Origin: Octopus vulgaris
Taxonomy: Eukaryota
Reading direction: 5' to 3'
Assembly: GCA_951406725.2 (NCBI GenBank)
Contig: OX597815.1
Span: 176,018,001 to 176,082,000 of the forward strand
Length of the DNA: 64,000 nucleotides
Numbering within the stretch: the first letter of the stretch is position 1; the number at the start of each line of letters is the position of its first letter. Shown here piece after piece: positions 26,572 to 39,411 of this stretch. A program made the position numbers and the translations under genes. Under the pieces are notes generated by a model that was given only the letters and a program-made list of their open reading frames with translations, did no database searches and was not told the origin of the DNA.

Positions 26572-26622
<51 letters not shown>

Positions 26623-26624
26623 AA

Positions 26625-26657
<33 letters not shown>
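26280..26657. repeat. (TA)n with a self-complementary (CATATG)n block
   Basis: catatgcatatgcatatg repeats at about 26470-26540. Confidence 0.9.
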
Positions 26658-26662
<5 letters not shown>

Positions 26663-27996
26663 AAAAGTTTGAAAACACCACTATATTAGATAAATTTTTA
26701 TTTTCTTATGAATTTTACATGTTTCGGTTCTTGAAAAAACCAACCTTATCAAAAATATTATAAAAAGTAAAGTGTAATAGAAAAGTTCATAATTGTTTCT
26801 TACTGGTCTCAATAGAATCCATGTGGTGGTGTTTTGTTGGTAGAAGGTATAATAGCTATAAATTTCAAGTTGAGTGTAGTAAAGAAGTTCATTATTGTTT
26901 CTTGCTGGTATCAACAGGAACCACGTGCTTGTTTTTTAGCTTCCTTGTGTTCGAATGACCCGCGCCTGAAATGGTAGCAGCAGTAGTGATTGTTGGTCGT
27001 AGTTGTAGTAACCGTGGTGGTGGTTGGGGTTGCAGCAGTTAAGCTGTGGCCGTAGCAGCAGCAGCAGTAGTGGAGGACTGTTGATCGTAGCAGCAATAGT
27101 AGTGACCACGGTGGTTGTAGTAGCAGTGATAGCGGAAGCAGTCGTAGTGATCGTGGTGGTTGCGGTAGAATTTCATTTTTCTTTTCAGAAGACCAATATT
27201 TTGTTTTAATATTCCTGGCCCAGGGTGTTCAAACTTGGTCTAAATTTTTTAATGAAATAAAGTTCTTTATTTTGGCGTTGAGTGAAGGTTACGCTGTCAC
27301 TGAATTTGTAAAGTGGGCAAGTTGTAAATTTCGGATTTTTATTTGAAGCACATCTATCTATGTGTCCGCTGACTGGTATTTTCCGGTATTCAGGGTTTCT
27401 AATTTGGGATTTATGCACCGCCATCCTTTTACGTAAGCTGTTTTTTGTATGGCCTATATACTGCCTATTGCAACCTGCGCATGTTAAGACGTAAATTAAG
27501 TTTTCTGATGCACAGGTGAAGTTTGTTCTGATGGTAAACTGATGGCCTTGTTCTAATGTGAATTCTGAACCTTCTACCAAGATGACACAGATTCCGCAGT
27601 TGGGCTTTCCACATTTTCTAACTGCTGGTTTTGTGGTTGATGTTGAGTGCAGTTTAGCTTGGGTTAAAATCTTTTTCAAGGATTTTGGTTGCCGTTTACT
27701 TTTAATGATGGTGTGTGTTTCGAGGATCCGGTTCATCTTTGGGTCTCCCTTTAGTAGGGCTGTGCTTTGTAGTATGGTGCTGAAGGCCTCATTGTTAAGT
27801 GGGTTGTGTGTAGAGATGTAGGAAAGGATTTTTAATTTTTCTTTCTTTTTTGGTTTTGTTTGTCTCAGGTCTTCTATACTTAATTTAAGTGCTCGTTGGA
27901 TTGCACTGTCTATTAGGGGCTGTAGATAATTTCTATTTATGAGTGTAGTTCTAAGTTCCTGGAGACGTGTGTGTCGGGTGTTTGTGTCTGATATTA
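26658..27996 (-). mobile_element. 5'-truncated Penelope-like element (Cys-rich linker, GIY-YIG) with 3' UTR ending at (TA)n
   Basis: Open frame to the stop at 27206 contains CGKPNCGIC and LIYVLTCAGCNRQYIGHT..LRKRMAVH..PSLN. A degenerate hammerhead lies in the 3' end. Confidence 0.9.
26712..26756 (-). ncRNA. Degenerate hammerhead in the PLE 3' terminal repeat
   Basis: ATTT TTGATAA GGTT..AACC GAAA CATG TA AAAT. Two core substitutions; palindromic stem III ACATGT. Confidence 0.55.
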
Positions 27997-28096
27997 TGGA
28001 CAGGGCACGACGGTCAGGCGGTAGGTAATGACCGATGCAATAAACACATTGGCCACCTCTGCCCTCCCTTTCAGGGATAGCCACCGCCAAGACCAA
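27206..28096 (-). CDS. C-terminal part of a PLE ORF (RT thumb/linker plus GIY-YIG endonuclease); the first ~33 codons are out-of-frame Tx1 sequence
   Basis: GIY-YIG motif LIY..YIG, with R, H, E and N residues in the expected order. The frame is uninterrupted from 27996 to 27206. Confidence 0.7.
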   Translation of the reverse strand: MVLAVAIPEREGRGGQCVYCIGHYLPPDRRALSIISDTNTRHTRLQELRTTLINRNYLQPLIDSAIQRALKLSIEDLRQTKPKKKEKLKILSYISTHNPLNNEAFSTILQSTALLKGDPKMNRILETHTIIKSKRQPKSLKKILTQAKLHSTSTTKPAVRKCGKPNCGICVILVEGSEFTLEQGHQFTIRTNFTCASENLIYVLTCAGCNRQYIGHTKNSLRKRMAVHKSQIRNPEYRKIPVSGHIDRCASNKNPKFTTCPLYKFSDSVTFTQRQNKELYFIKKFRPSLNTLGQEY

Positions 28097-28170
28097 GTCT
28101 TGACTATTGCAGCCACACTGCTCGAAACCTCCGTCCAGTTCTTCTCTATCTGGAGGCCTGGTCCAAACAA
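27997..28170 (-). repeat. 174-bp inverted duplicate of Tx1 segment 28541-28714
   Basis: By eye, 4 mismatches in 174 bp. Confidence 0.92.
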
Positions 28171-28315
28171 CTGGCCGCTCCCCACAAATTTCGGGCCTTC
28201 TGCATCAGACGCTGAGTTCGTCAAGGATGTCTGCTCTCATCACTTTTGTATGTGGTGGCTCTTGAGCACGTACTCCCGAAAGTTAAGTGACATCTCAAGA
28301 GAACCAGTTTTAGAG

Positions 28316-28951
28316 GAGTTTGTTTCGGCTTACGCGGACGATATCACTATCAGTGTTACCACAGTAGCACGCCTACGTGGAGTGGGTAAGTCTATTCAGG
28401 TTTACGAGACGGTGGCAGGAACAAAGATCAACCGGGAAAAGTCGGTCGGCTTGCACCTCAGCACCTGGGTTAGCAAGTCGATGCCTTCAGGCAGCGTTGT
28501 TGGGCGATGGACTGAGGGACCGGTTAAATTGATGGGAGTCTTGTTTGGACCAGGCCTCCAGATAGAGAAGAACTGGACGGAGGTTTCGAGCAGTGTGGCT
28601 GCAATAGTCAAGACCTGGTCTTGGCGGTGGCTATCCCTGAAAGGGAGGGCAGAGGTGGCCAATCTGTTTATTGCATCGGTCATTACTTACCGCCTGACCG
28701 TCGTGTCCTGTCCAGATTCGTGGGTGATCAGGTTGGAGAGGAAGCTCTTTCGCTTTTTGTGGAAGGGCAAGTCGCTACTTGTGAAACGTTCTATCTGTTG
28801 TCAGAAGCCGTTAAAAGGAGGTTTAGGGATGCCTTGGTTAATGATGCGCAGGCATGCTTTGAAGTTGAGGCATCTCTGGATTCTCCTGGATGGTGAACGG
28901 GTGTGGTCTCCGCTAGCCAGACAAATGTTCCCCAAGTTCAAAAGTTTTTGA
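28316..28951 (+). pseudogene. Tx1-clade reverse transcriptase fragment
   Basis: Open frame containing YADD and the thumb region, within ORF 28028-28951. Confidence 0.8.
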
Positions 28952-29826
28952 GAAAAGGAAGCCTAGTGTTTTCGTAGACCGAGGTCGAGTAAATGGCATA
29001 TGGAGTATCATAAGGTCCTCCTGCTATTCCGGCGCTTGGGCAACGCCAGCGGTGGGAGTTCTACACGCTTTTTATATAGTGGGTTGGTAGAGTCTGAATG
29101 TGACGATACCATGGGAGCGACTCTAGGTCTCGGGTATATTCAACTTGACAGCCTCTTCTACCGTACATACGGGTTGAGAACGTTGGACAATTTCCAAAAG
29201 TCCTTGACCTGACAATGTTATAGGGGCGCCTTGCCCGTTTGGGATAAACTCGCAAGACATGGAAAGTCTCACTCTCCGTCCTGTCCAAGATGCGGGTGGG
29301 TAGGGAAACCGTCCCTCACGCTATTGTTCAGTGCCCGGAGATATCTGAAATGTGGGTTGAACACCAGTTGCCCGGCGAAGGAAGAGTACAACTGTCGACT
29401 GGGTCAATTATAAAAATTGACCCAGAAGACATGTTAACAAATGACGGTAAGAATTGTTTTCTCACTGTTATTGCAATAGCAAGAGGCAGAATGGAAGACT
29501 AGGATAAAACGGATCAAGACGGGTAACTTTATCTCCGGCCACGAGTTAAGATCGTTTTCCACTTTTCACTTGAAAAGGAAAGTGTGGCTGGAGAAGAGAT
29601 GCCTGTCGGAGAGTGTGTTCAAAAAAAGATGGAAGCATGTTGCACGAGTGCTGTGTGTGCACGGAACCATGTGAATAGGCTATAGAAGAAAAACAAGAGA
29701 TGAAAGAAGTACCAGTGATAGATCGGGGCTTATGGGGTCGGAGCGTGGCCTCATCATCACTACATTTGTATCATATTTGTATTGTGTATATCATTCGATT
29801 CTTATATATTTTATATGATTTTTATT

Positions 29827-30180
29827 CTTTTACTTGTTTCAGTCATTTGACTGCGGCCATGCTGGAGCACCACCTTTAGACGAATCAAATCGACCCCAGG
29901 ACTTAATCTTTGTAAGCCTAGTACTTATTCTATCGGTCTCTTTTGCCGAACCGCTAAGTTTCGGGGACAAACACAGATACACAACATATATGTGTATATA
30001 TATATATATATATATACGCCGGGCTTCTTTCAGTTTGTGCTTACCAAATCCACTCACAAGGCTTTGGTCGGCCCGAGGCTATAGTAGAAGACACTTGCCC
30101 AAGGTGCCACGCAGTGGGACTGAACCCAGAACCATGTGGTTGGTAAGCAAATTACTTACCACACAGCCACTCCTGCGCCT
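29827..30180 (-). mobile_element. SINE family B inserted in the Tx1 3' UTR
   Basis: Near full-length; head aggcgcaggagtggctgtgtggtaag on the minus strand. Confidence 0.9.
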
Positions 30181-30290
30181 ATATTCATATTTATGTATAT
30201 TCAATTTATGTAATATCATAACGTGTTCCTGACCCCAATCAGCTGTTTTGTCCCATTCTGTGTGTAGCCTCTGTGGGTAATAAAGAAATT

Positions 30291-30457
30291 GGTATTTCGT
30301 CCGTCTTTACGTTCTGAGTTCAAATTCCGCTGAGGTTGACTTTGACTTTCATCCTTTCGGGGTCGATAAATTAAGTACCAGTTGCTAGGGTCGATCTAAT
30401 CGACTGGCATACTCTCCCAAAATTTCGGGCCTTGTGCCTAGAGTAGAAAAGATTATT
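30291..30457 (+). mobile_element. SINE family A, 3' portion starting exactly at GGTAT (apparent Tx1 target)
   Basis: ggtatttcgtccgtc...gagttcaaattcc...gccttgtgcctagagtagaaaagattatt. Confidence 0.88.
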
Positions 30458-30487
30458 TACAACTCTTAGAAAATAGGTATCTAATTG

Positions 30488-30522
<35 letters not shown>

Positions 30523-30644
30523 GGTGGAATATGTCAGCAGCAATTAATTTCACTGATGGGAATGCATTCCTCGGCACCGCAAATTGGATGGTCCAACTTT
30601 ATGCCATTTTTTCTGAGTTTCCTTCGTATAATAATATTGTTGTC

Positions 30645-30830
30645 AAATTTTGGCACAAGATCACCAATTTCGGGGAAGTGGGTAAGTCGATTACATCGAC
30701 CCCACTGCTCTACTAGTACTCATTTTATTGACTCCAAAATGATGAAAGTTAAAGTCGACCTCAGCAGAATTTGAACTCAGAAGCCTTTTGCCCAGTGTGT
30801 TGACGATTCTGCCAGCTCACCGCTTGCCTT
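30645..30830 (-). mobile_element. SINE family A (diverged)
   Basis: Plus strand shows aaagtcgacctcagcagaatttgaactcag ... gccagctcaccg. Confidence 0.75.
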
Positions 30831-32139
30831 CGTATAATGATATTAATTTCTTATATAGGTATAAAGCCGTAATTTTGAAGAACAATATTGTCCATTGCGC
30901 CAATCTTATTAGCTTATTTTATCGACCCCGTGAGGATGAAAAGAAAAGTCAATCCCAGTTGGATTTTAAGCTTAGGATGTAGAGTGTCGTGAATAAATAC
31001 TGCCAGATATTTCATTCGATGCTCGACCATTTATTGCTTTATGTAGTATTGTATTGCAGAGGTAAAGTATTCTGAACACTTGTGGCAGTCTGCTTATTGG
31101 TATTCGTTTCATTGGCAGACGTGTGATTGTGTGTGATAAATTAAGCAGAAATTATTCGAGAATGTTTTCTCCTATACTAATTTCTGCAGATGTTATGCAG
31201 ACTTTATTCGACGCTAATTGAAAGATGGTTGATACATTCTTCTATAGAATATATCAGAACATGCTAACAGTGATTATGAAACAACAAACATAATATTATT
31301 TTTAAATAAAATAACTGAAACGACTGGTGATTAATGGATTCCCTCGTTGACATTACTTTGTTTGTAGTCTCATTTTGTTCGTTACCTTTTAATTTTCCCT
31401 CTTCTATATATTCCCCTTTTAGTTTCATAAATGAATTGTATTGAATTAAGAAGTCGAAAGAATACACTACTTCGCAAAACGCCTTCACCTGTCATTGTCG
31501 GTTTAGAATTGTGCATAACAGTAATAACCACACAATGCAGATGTATGCGGCTTCGGAGTTATTGATTTTTAATTCCATTTACAATTTACATCTAGCAACA
31601 TTCACAAACGTTGATATGTTAAAACATATGACATATAAACCACATCGGTTGCAATCATGTAAATTGTTAAAAGCCTTTGAAGCCCGAGGCTTGTACACAG
31701 ATTATTAGCCATGGATTTTGTAGTAGAAGTAACGAGCTGAAAGAAGATTTGTCGCCTAAATAAGAGGTTAGTCACTTGAGAATATATTTCTCTGAAAGGA
31801 ATCGTAGCTATTTCGCAGGTTTAAGTGAGTTTAAGTCTTCTTTTTAAGCGCCAACAACGCATCTTCAACGAAACTGCAATCCCAGCCTGAGACATAGAAG
31901 TTTCATATAGTGTAAATCTGTCTTTTATTTCACACAACATTCTTTTAACCTTGGATTTAGAATTTGATTTGGCAGACAGTTGAGCGGCTTTCATATACTT
32001 ATATTCGACCCTGTCTCACTGATTTTCTTATTTCAATGTATATATTTTAATATTCTTTGCATAGTATTACAAAATGTTAGATGGCAGGAGAATATATTTT
32101 TATAAAAACACATTGTAATTCTAATTCTAATTAGTATCA

Positions 32140-33013
32140 TTTTCATTAGCATCTTCTTTCAATTGTTTCCATTTCTTGCCGAGTGTCTTCTTGACACCTA
32201 GGGCAGATAAACGCATTGTATACATTGGTAGGGCATTAATATAAACACACCAGATTGTTCGTTTACAAAGTCATGTGATGGAGAAAAAGCGGAAGACAGA
32301 GAGAAAAATAAAAAATAAAAAAAGTAAAATAAAATGAAGCGGGGGTGGTGGAGAAAATTCAAAACGACAATACGTGTGACGTAGCAGTTAAGACAATCTT
32401 TTGCACTTCCACTTCCTGCATGAAAAGTAAGCTAAGGATCATTCTTAAATAATTTTCAGTTCCTTTTTTGATCATTCCAAGTGCTCCGATATATACATAT
32501 TGGGAAGTCCCAGAGAATCGTTACATTTTCTCCCTCAGTTACAGCCTCAGGGTGGCGCTTGTACCATTTGTCAGCAGTTTTGATTTTATAATGCCGACAC
32601 ACTATCCAAAGTAGATATTGGCCAGCTCCGTTATGTCTTGATTTGCACTCAACAGGTGCTAAAACTTTACACCCAGAGATTAGGTGGTCCACTGTTTCTA
32701 TCTCATCGTTGCAGTATCGGCACTTTGGGTCTACACCATTTTTCATCACATTGTCTTGATAGTTCCGTGTCAATAAGCTCTGATTTGGGGCAGCCAAGAT
32801 ACAACCTTCACGCTCTGCCTTTAACCCCGAGCTCTGTAGCCACTGATGGATGTGCTTCTGGTCTACATCAGCTTGTTTGCTACGAGCCGCATATTTGTCA
32901 TGCAGAGGTTTTTGTTCCCACCCATCAGCCAATTGTTCAAACGCATTTTGCTTTGCTATTGATTTCACCTTCTTTGCAACTACAGTTGCTGCACTTCCAT
33001 CATGCTGTTCAAC
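32140..33013 (-). mobile_element. R4/Dong-type LINE fragment (CCHC knuckle, RHN, WDF, C-terminus, 3' UTR), internally deleted
   Basis: ORF 32456-32968 has CRYCNDEIETVDHLISGC..RHN..ILWDFPI. It then jumps to IGALGMIKKG..VQKIVLTATSHVL. The 5' end abuts (AAT)n. Confidence 0.88.
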
Positions 33014-33221
33014 TTATTATTATTATTATTATTATTATTATCATCATCATCATTAATTTTATTCCTTCGTAACACAGTGTAGGTAAAAATGCACGGGAGT
33101 CTTTAGTCATCTGTCAAATCACAACGAGGACCTCAGACAGATAATACTCTCCTTAAGAAAGAATAATAATAACATCGAAAAATACCTTAGGAATGAGAAC
33201 CCAGGTTCGAAATTTCCCCAA

Positions 33222-33267
33222 GATACCTGATGAAGGCTGGAGAGTATATCAGCCGAAACGTTGTGTT
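33222..33267 (+). ncRNA. Minimal type-I hammerhead ribozyme motif
   Basis: GATAC CTGATGA A GGCTG..CAGCC GAAA CG TT GTGTT. Palindromic stem III ACGT. Confidence 0.75.
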
Positions 33268-34863
33268 AACAACAAAGAATATGAGGACAAATATCAGTCA
33301 AATGTAAGCAATGTAAATAATCTAACAAGATTATTTTAATTCTTTTTCATACTTTCGTTGTGGGTAAAACAATTAAAAATCTTGTATATTTTCATTGGTT
33401 TCATGTATCCCTCATCTTTTTCAGGCAATTGTATTTTAAGTTATCTCTTTATGAGACAAATTTTTCACAGCTGGGCTACCGTACTTAGTAAACTTTCTCT
33501 TGCTACTTAATTACGTCCCTTTAATATCTGCGCTTCAATCAAACAATGCATTTTCTCATTTCAGTCTCAAATATACAAAATAATTAGCAATCATTGTTTC
33601 CTTTCAATAGACTATAGTCTAAGGAACGGAATGAGGTTTGCGGTTATTCACTGCTTTTTAAAAAAATCATAATTGCATTTATTCTACCTAAATAACATTG
33701 GTTTTTGTTTTTATGTTTAAAAAGTAGGTGAATAATTGATGTAAAGATTGCATCCCTTGTAATATACAAAATACGCAAATGAAAAGAAATTTTACAAGTT
33801 CTGTAAAATATAATATGCTCCAGGGATCAACGATGTATTATATTTGTATTCGAATGAAACTGTGGTAATTTTTCATTCAAATTATAAATTATTCAACTGA
33901 GGAACGAAAGCAAAGTAAATATACTTAAGAAAATAAGTCAACGACATTAGATAAAATTAAAAATACCTTTGACAATTTTTAATTTACCTTAAAGATAAAT
34001 TAATCAAATAAATAAGCTTGGCAACATAGAATCAGCGTATGTGTTATGTTTAACAACGCTGCATCAGTTGATATTAAAAATGGTGTCAGCGGTGATGATA
34101 ACAAGAGACAGAATATCCGACGTTTATAACTGCAAGCTGATAGATACTGTTACAACCACCATACATAATATATTTCTGTCAATTATTTCTACCACTAGAA
34201 ATACATCTCACTTCAATAGTATCAATTACAGGAATTGGTGTAAGCGCGCGTTGCTCTCATTAAATAGTCGATAAAGCCATTGGATTGGTATTTGTGTTAA
34301 TATTATCATCACATTCCGAAATTTGCGTTTCACTTCAACTGCGTCCGGGGGATTTCTATTTATAAGTGTATGTTGTTGTAGATATGATTGTATTAACTTT
34401 GGGCTATGTTTCCATTTGTGGCCATCCAGTTTTATACCGAATGTTGATATTATTTACTCACATTTTCTTATGTTTCGTTCTAAGTTGTGTCATGTGGTGC
34501 TTTGCTATTCTTTCTCGCTGTATGTGTGCATGATGCGGGGCCGAGAGCGTGTCGTATTTTTTTTTTTTTTTTGTTATGGCCGATATATCATATTGAGGTA
34601 GAAAAAGTTTACAATTCCATCAAAGGAAACGCCTGGAATCACAGTTTGCCAAACCACGTTGGTTATTGACAGTTTGTTCTCCGCAGAGTGGGTGTGTGGC
34701 TCGTTATTTAAAAGCGTTTGCACTGGCAGCACGTATCATTAGTTAGCATCTCACCCGGCGTATACAACGATCAATCACAATATCATATTCATACATAAAT
34801 ACATGCAAACATACATATACACACACGCAGATGTATTTATAGATATACATATGTGTATGTATG

Positions 34864-34926
<63 letters not shown>

Positions 34927-35604
34927 GCACTTTATTTTTGGATTAATAAGACAACCTATAGTATCATGTCAAGAGATCTTCACAATTATTCAAGCGTGCC
35001 ACATGGAAATGTTGGTACTCACCTCCATTTTGGTCGAGAACACCCCCCCCACACACACACACGCACACACACACACACACACACAAACAAACACACAAAA
35101 TTCGTCCAAAAGTGAAGCAGTAAGTAAGTTTAATACGCTCCGGAATTTTCAATGACACTTCAATTTTCTTAAAAGCTGAATAGAATAAATAAATAAAATT
35201 ATGTATGTATGAAACGAAGGAAAATAGGAACTAACTAAATCCAGGCAAATACCTTAATATATTCTATATAAATAAAACCCCGACAAGAAAGAATTGTCCA
35301 GTGAAAATTAGAGAAATTCGTATAGGGTTATTAATTTTTTTTTTTGTGATAGGTGAAAATTGTAATCCTAAGTGAAATTCCTATTAGAAACCGGAAAGAA
35401 TATTAATAAAGACGTGAAGATAACTGAGCAAATTCCGTCCGTCTCTCATTGAGGTTTTTTGCATGCTTAATCAATTCATCAGCTGATCCATTATTCTACC
35501 AAATTGACAGAGCTATTGTCTACTAAACCATTCTTTTCAATCGTGTTTGTTAGATATTATGTATGCAAAGAAAGTATGTGGAGGAAAGTGGTATAAGCTA
35601 TGCA

Positions 35605-36021
35605 AAGGCGGCGAGCTGGCAGAAACGTTAGCACGCCAAGCGAAATGCTTAGCAGTATTTCGTCTGCCGTTGCGTTCTGAGTTCAAATTCCGCCGAGGTC
35701 GACTTTGCCTTTCATCCTTTCGGGGTCGATAAATTAAGGACCAGTTACGCATTGCGGTCGATGTAATCGACTTAATACCTATGTCTGTCCTTGTTTGTCT
35801 CTTCTCTATTTAGCCCCTTGTGAGTAGTAAAGAAATACGTATTTCGTCCGCCGCTACGTTCTGAGTTTAAATTCCGCCGAGGTCAGCTTTGCCTTTCATC
35901 CTTTCGGGGTCAATTAAATAAGTACCAGTTATGCACTGGGGTCGGTATAATCGACTTAATCCGTTTGTCTGTCCTTGTTTGTCCTCTCTGTGTTTAGCCC
36001 CTTGTGGGTAGTAAAGAAATA
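35605..36021 (+). mobile_element. SINE family A dimer with Tx1-like tails and 12-bp TSD
   Basis: TSD GGTATAAGCTAT at 35590-35601 and 36022-36033. Internal junction taaagaaat-acgtatttcgtc. Confidence 0.92.
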
Positions 36022-37129
36022 GGTATAAGCTATCAGACCCAACTCCTTAATTTATTACCCTGTCTCTCTTCTCGAGTCGCTACAGGTAGATTTTCTTTTT
36101 CTTTTCTATCCGATGCTTTTACTTTAATAATGTCTATTAGACTGCAACAGTTTTGTGCAAAAATAAAATTGTATCTTAATTTCAGAAGTTTTTAAGTGCA
36201 AAATAATTTATGATAGAAAATAGAGTGTACTGTCGAAAAGAATACACCATAAAACATTGTCTATGAAGACTAGTAAGTAATTGCTGGTTTTCAAATTCTA
36301 CAAATTCACATTAATAAATACAATATATCCACAAAGGAATTCAAGTTATGAAGCTTTAGAAGAATTCCACCCTGAAAAAATTTTGTCGCGAGAATAAAAG
36401 ACGTTAACTTACTGGTGAAAATTACTCATAAAGTTGCAGTGAACTTCATGATTTTTCGGAAAGGCAAGCCTCGTACGTAATTGTTGGGTTAAAAGAAAAA
36501 TGGGCAAAGAGAATCGTTACAATATGACCCTGCATCTAAACAATTAACCCTAATAATACAGGTTAATTTAAAGAGGGTTTAATGCACTGTTATGCTTTGG
36601 TCCATATGAGGAAATATTCTTAATGATAAGATTAATAAAGAAACTGAATTTATCTATTTTGTATCAGAGTATGTTAAGATTTTTGTTTCGAAAACTTAGG
36701 AAGGTTTTGGTTTATAAATGAGAGCAACACATCAATGGTTCTTTATGTTTATTTAAGTTAGACAGCGTATAGCGTCGCTTTGCGTTATAGATTGTTATTA
36801 GAATTCCTTCTAGTATATTGTAGAACGCTACCTATTACAAACCATTCTATAGAGCATTATATTATTCTCTTTGATGCTCTGAATAACAATATTTACAGAT
36901 ACTTTTTTTTTTCTCTTATATTTGAAGAAGTGTGATTGGGAATTCCTGATTTAATTTTTCTAAAACAAGTACCCATATAATAACACACATTACAGAACAT
37001 TTATTAACTATATGTAAGCAATTGTTCGCTGCGTAGCAATTTCCAAAGTTCCTGAAATTATATCATTCATTTAGTCTATTGATATATGATTTTCCCATTT
37101 GTTGTATTACCGTTCATATTATCACCCGT

Positions 37130-37750
37130 ATGAGATTTCAACATCTGCTATATTTCAGCTAGATACAGTTTAGATAAAAACGCTCGTCCCTTCCTGGTTA
37201 TATACACTCATCTCGTTACATGTAAACCCAAGAAAAATTTACATGGGATATCTGTGGCTGAGCATTATACCAAATAATCTGTCTTTTATATGTTCTTTTT
37301 TTTTCTCGAGGATTGATTTGATGTTTAACATTGTTATGTGTATCATTCCATATATTAACATTTATAATGTTGCGAGAAGTGGTGTGACCATCTCCAGAGC
37401 CAGAACCGCTCACACCAGCCATATCCTTATTACTTGAATTCTCGGGCAGCTTATTTCTCAGAAGCTGATCAATTCCGACTCTTTTCTCCAAAGTCACAAG
37501 GCTGTATGCGTTATTCCTTTCTCCAGATGGAAAGCATGGAAACAGTTACATAACTTTCTGACAGCATTCCTTTTCCATTTTCCTATTCATCGTTCTTGTC
37601 TAACCCTATTTCTTTGTATTTCTAGTCCTGTCATTAATGTTACCGTTCATATTATCAGTCATCTGTATCCATAATTCTCCGTCGTCCTTATGTGTTTTTC
37701 CAGTATCCACGTAAAGAATTAACCAAATATTTTCGGTATGAGCAACCTTG
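37130..37750 (-). mobile_element. Possible highly decayed Penelope-like relic
   Basis: KRTYKRQIIWYN resembles the PLE R..IIW(F/Y)NPP motif; little other support. Confidence 0.35.
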
Positions 37751-38405
37751 GAATTCTAGTAATAACACTAGGAATGGTATGAATGGTTCTGGTCCTGGAA
37801 TCAGACCCCGACCCGTCGAAACATCTATATACTGGATAATAGGATAACATAACGATAGATTAACTGTCGAAATCCTAGTTTTTAATTCTGAATTCTGAAA
37901 TCCAACGGTATTAGAAAGAGTTGCATCCAAGATTAGGTTCTTTTAAATGCTTTCCCCATGCATATTTTATTTATGCTGATGTGGTGCTAACAAGATGTGT
38001 CAAGTGATTTCACTAGTGTCAGTCGAAAAATCCAAGCGAAACTCATTTCGTTTCATGTTGGTCGTTTTGTGAGCAAACGCAGGAAACTAAATCGATGCCT
38101 ACCATTTACCTATATTTACTGAATATGGTTAATGAGCATTTGCAGGTTAAATGGCCGGAGCAATATCAGACACGCCGGTGATTATAAACCACAAACATAC
38201 AATAATTGCTTTCGTTCTGCTTGGGTGATTGGTGCTCATTCACTTGCATTATCAGCATATTCACGATGACACACGTTCACATGCAGAAACAGACGGGGAC
38301 ACACAGACAAACAAACATGCACACACACGCTTACAAATATTTATATATTTGTCATTTGTGATTTTGTACTTACAAATCAAATATGTGTGTATATATAAAT
38401 AAATA

Positions 38406-38458
<53 letters not shown>

Positions 38459-38995
38459 ATTCAAAATAAGCAACAAGAATAACTTCGGTAATTTGGTACG
38501 ATCGTTTCACGCTACATCATTTTATTAAATTTTGTAAGTATTACAACAGTTTTAAAATGTTGAACAATCATCACCCATTAATAGAAGTTTTCCATTAATA
38601 CATAATTTCCATATCAATTGATAACATTATAGAGAACGTAGATACATAGACAAAGATGTCGATTTAAATTTTAAGAACATTCAGGTAGTAGAGTTTATCA
38701 ACTGACTGAAGAATATTCAGAATATTCAGTTATTTTGAACTGCTAGAAGGTTTGTGAAGAATGATCAATTGAAAGGAGACAAGAAAGATTTTCTATTTAT
38801 AGAAATAGGGGTGAAATAGATTTTAAAGTTCTATATAAAGAAATTTAGGTAGAGAGAGGGTTGTAATGCTACAGAGGCTGATTACTACTATTTGGCAAAC
38901 ATATTTTGTATTACGAAAACTAGGTCAATGTCAAATGGTCATAGTGACCACTTATAGAGAATCCAGCGATTCTTTTATACTATAATATTTATGTG

Positions 38996-39031
<36 letters not shown>

Positions 39032-39122
39032 ATATATATATATATATCTTAAAGGATAAAATTATTTTATATAAAATAATATCAGTGGCTAGCATGCAAT
39101 AAAACCATTGAGGTGAAAATTA

Positions 39123-39411
39123 GTATAAATCAATAATTATATATAAATATATATACATATTAACACACAAAAGTTTCAGCATGCTAGAAATAGAAATAGA
39201 AGAAATAAACAGGTGAGCAGGTGTTGATTACCTGTGTTTCTTTATTCACTAAAGGTAGACTAATTTTCTGTTTTCCTCGCTTTCACCAGTACATATTAGT
39301 GACTTCGGTGGGTTAGAGTCGTTTTGACTTCTATTTCTAGCATACTGGTGCTTTTCCTGGTATCCTTCATTATAATTATATACATTTATATATAATTATT
39401 GATTTACATAC
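39123..39411. repeat. Diverged inverted repeat in a microsatellite-flanked insert
   Basis: taaatcaataattatatataaat vs atttatatataattattgattta, and tgctagaaatagaa vs ttctatttctagca. Confidence 0.75.

Larger units (their letters stand above)
28195..30290 (+). mobile_element. 5'-truncated Tx1-clade LINE (RT, zinc knuckle, 3' UTR), interrupted by a family-B SINE
   Basis: Encodes VRQGCLLSSLLY, SAYADDIT, KINREKS, WSWRWLSLKGR, KGGLGMP and CPRC..ETVPHAIVQC. 3' end tgtagcctctgtgggtaataaagaaatt. Confidence 0.9.

Noticed and set aside
28028-28315. N-terminal part of the 307-aa ORF as a genuine protein
   Set aside because: It reads the antisense of the inverted duplicate and out-of-frame RT; only the YADD part is real.
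37107-37657. 18-bp direct repeat ttaccgttcatattatca as a TSD
   Set aside because: No element ends could be defined between the two copies.
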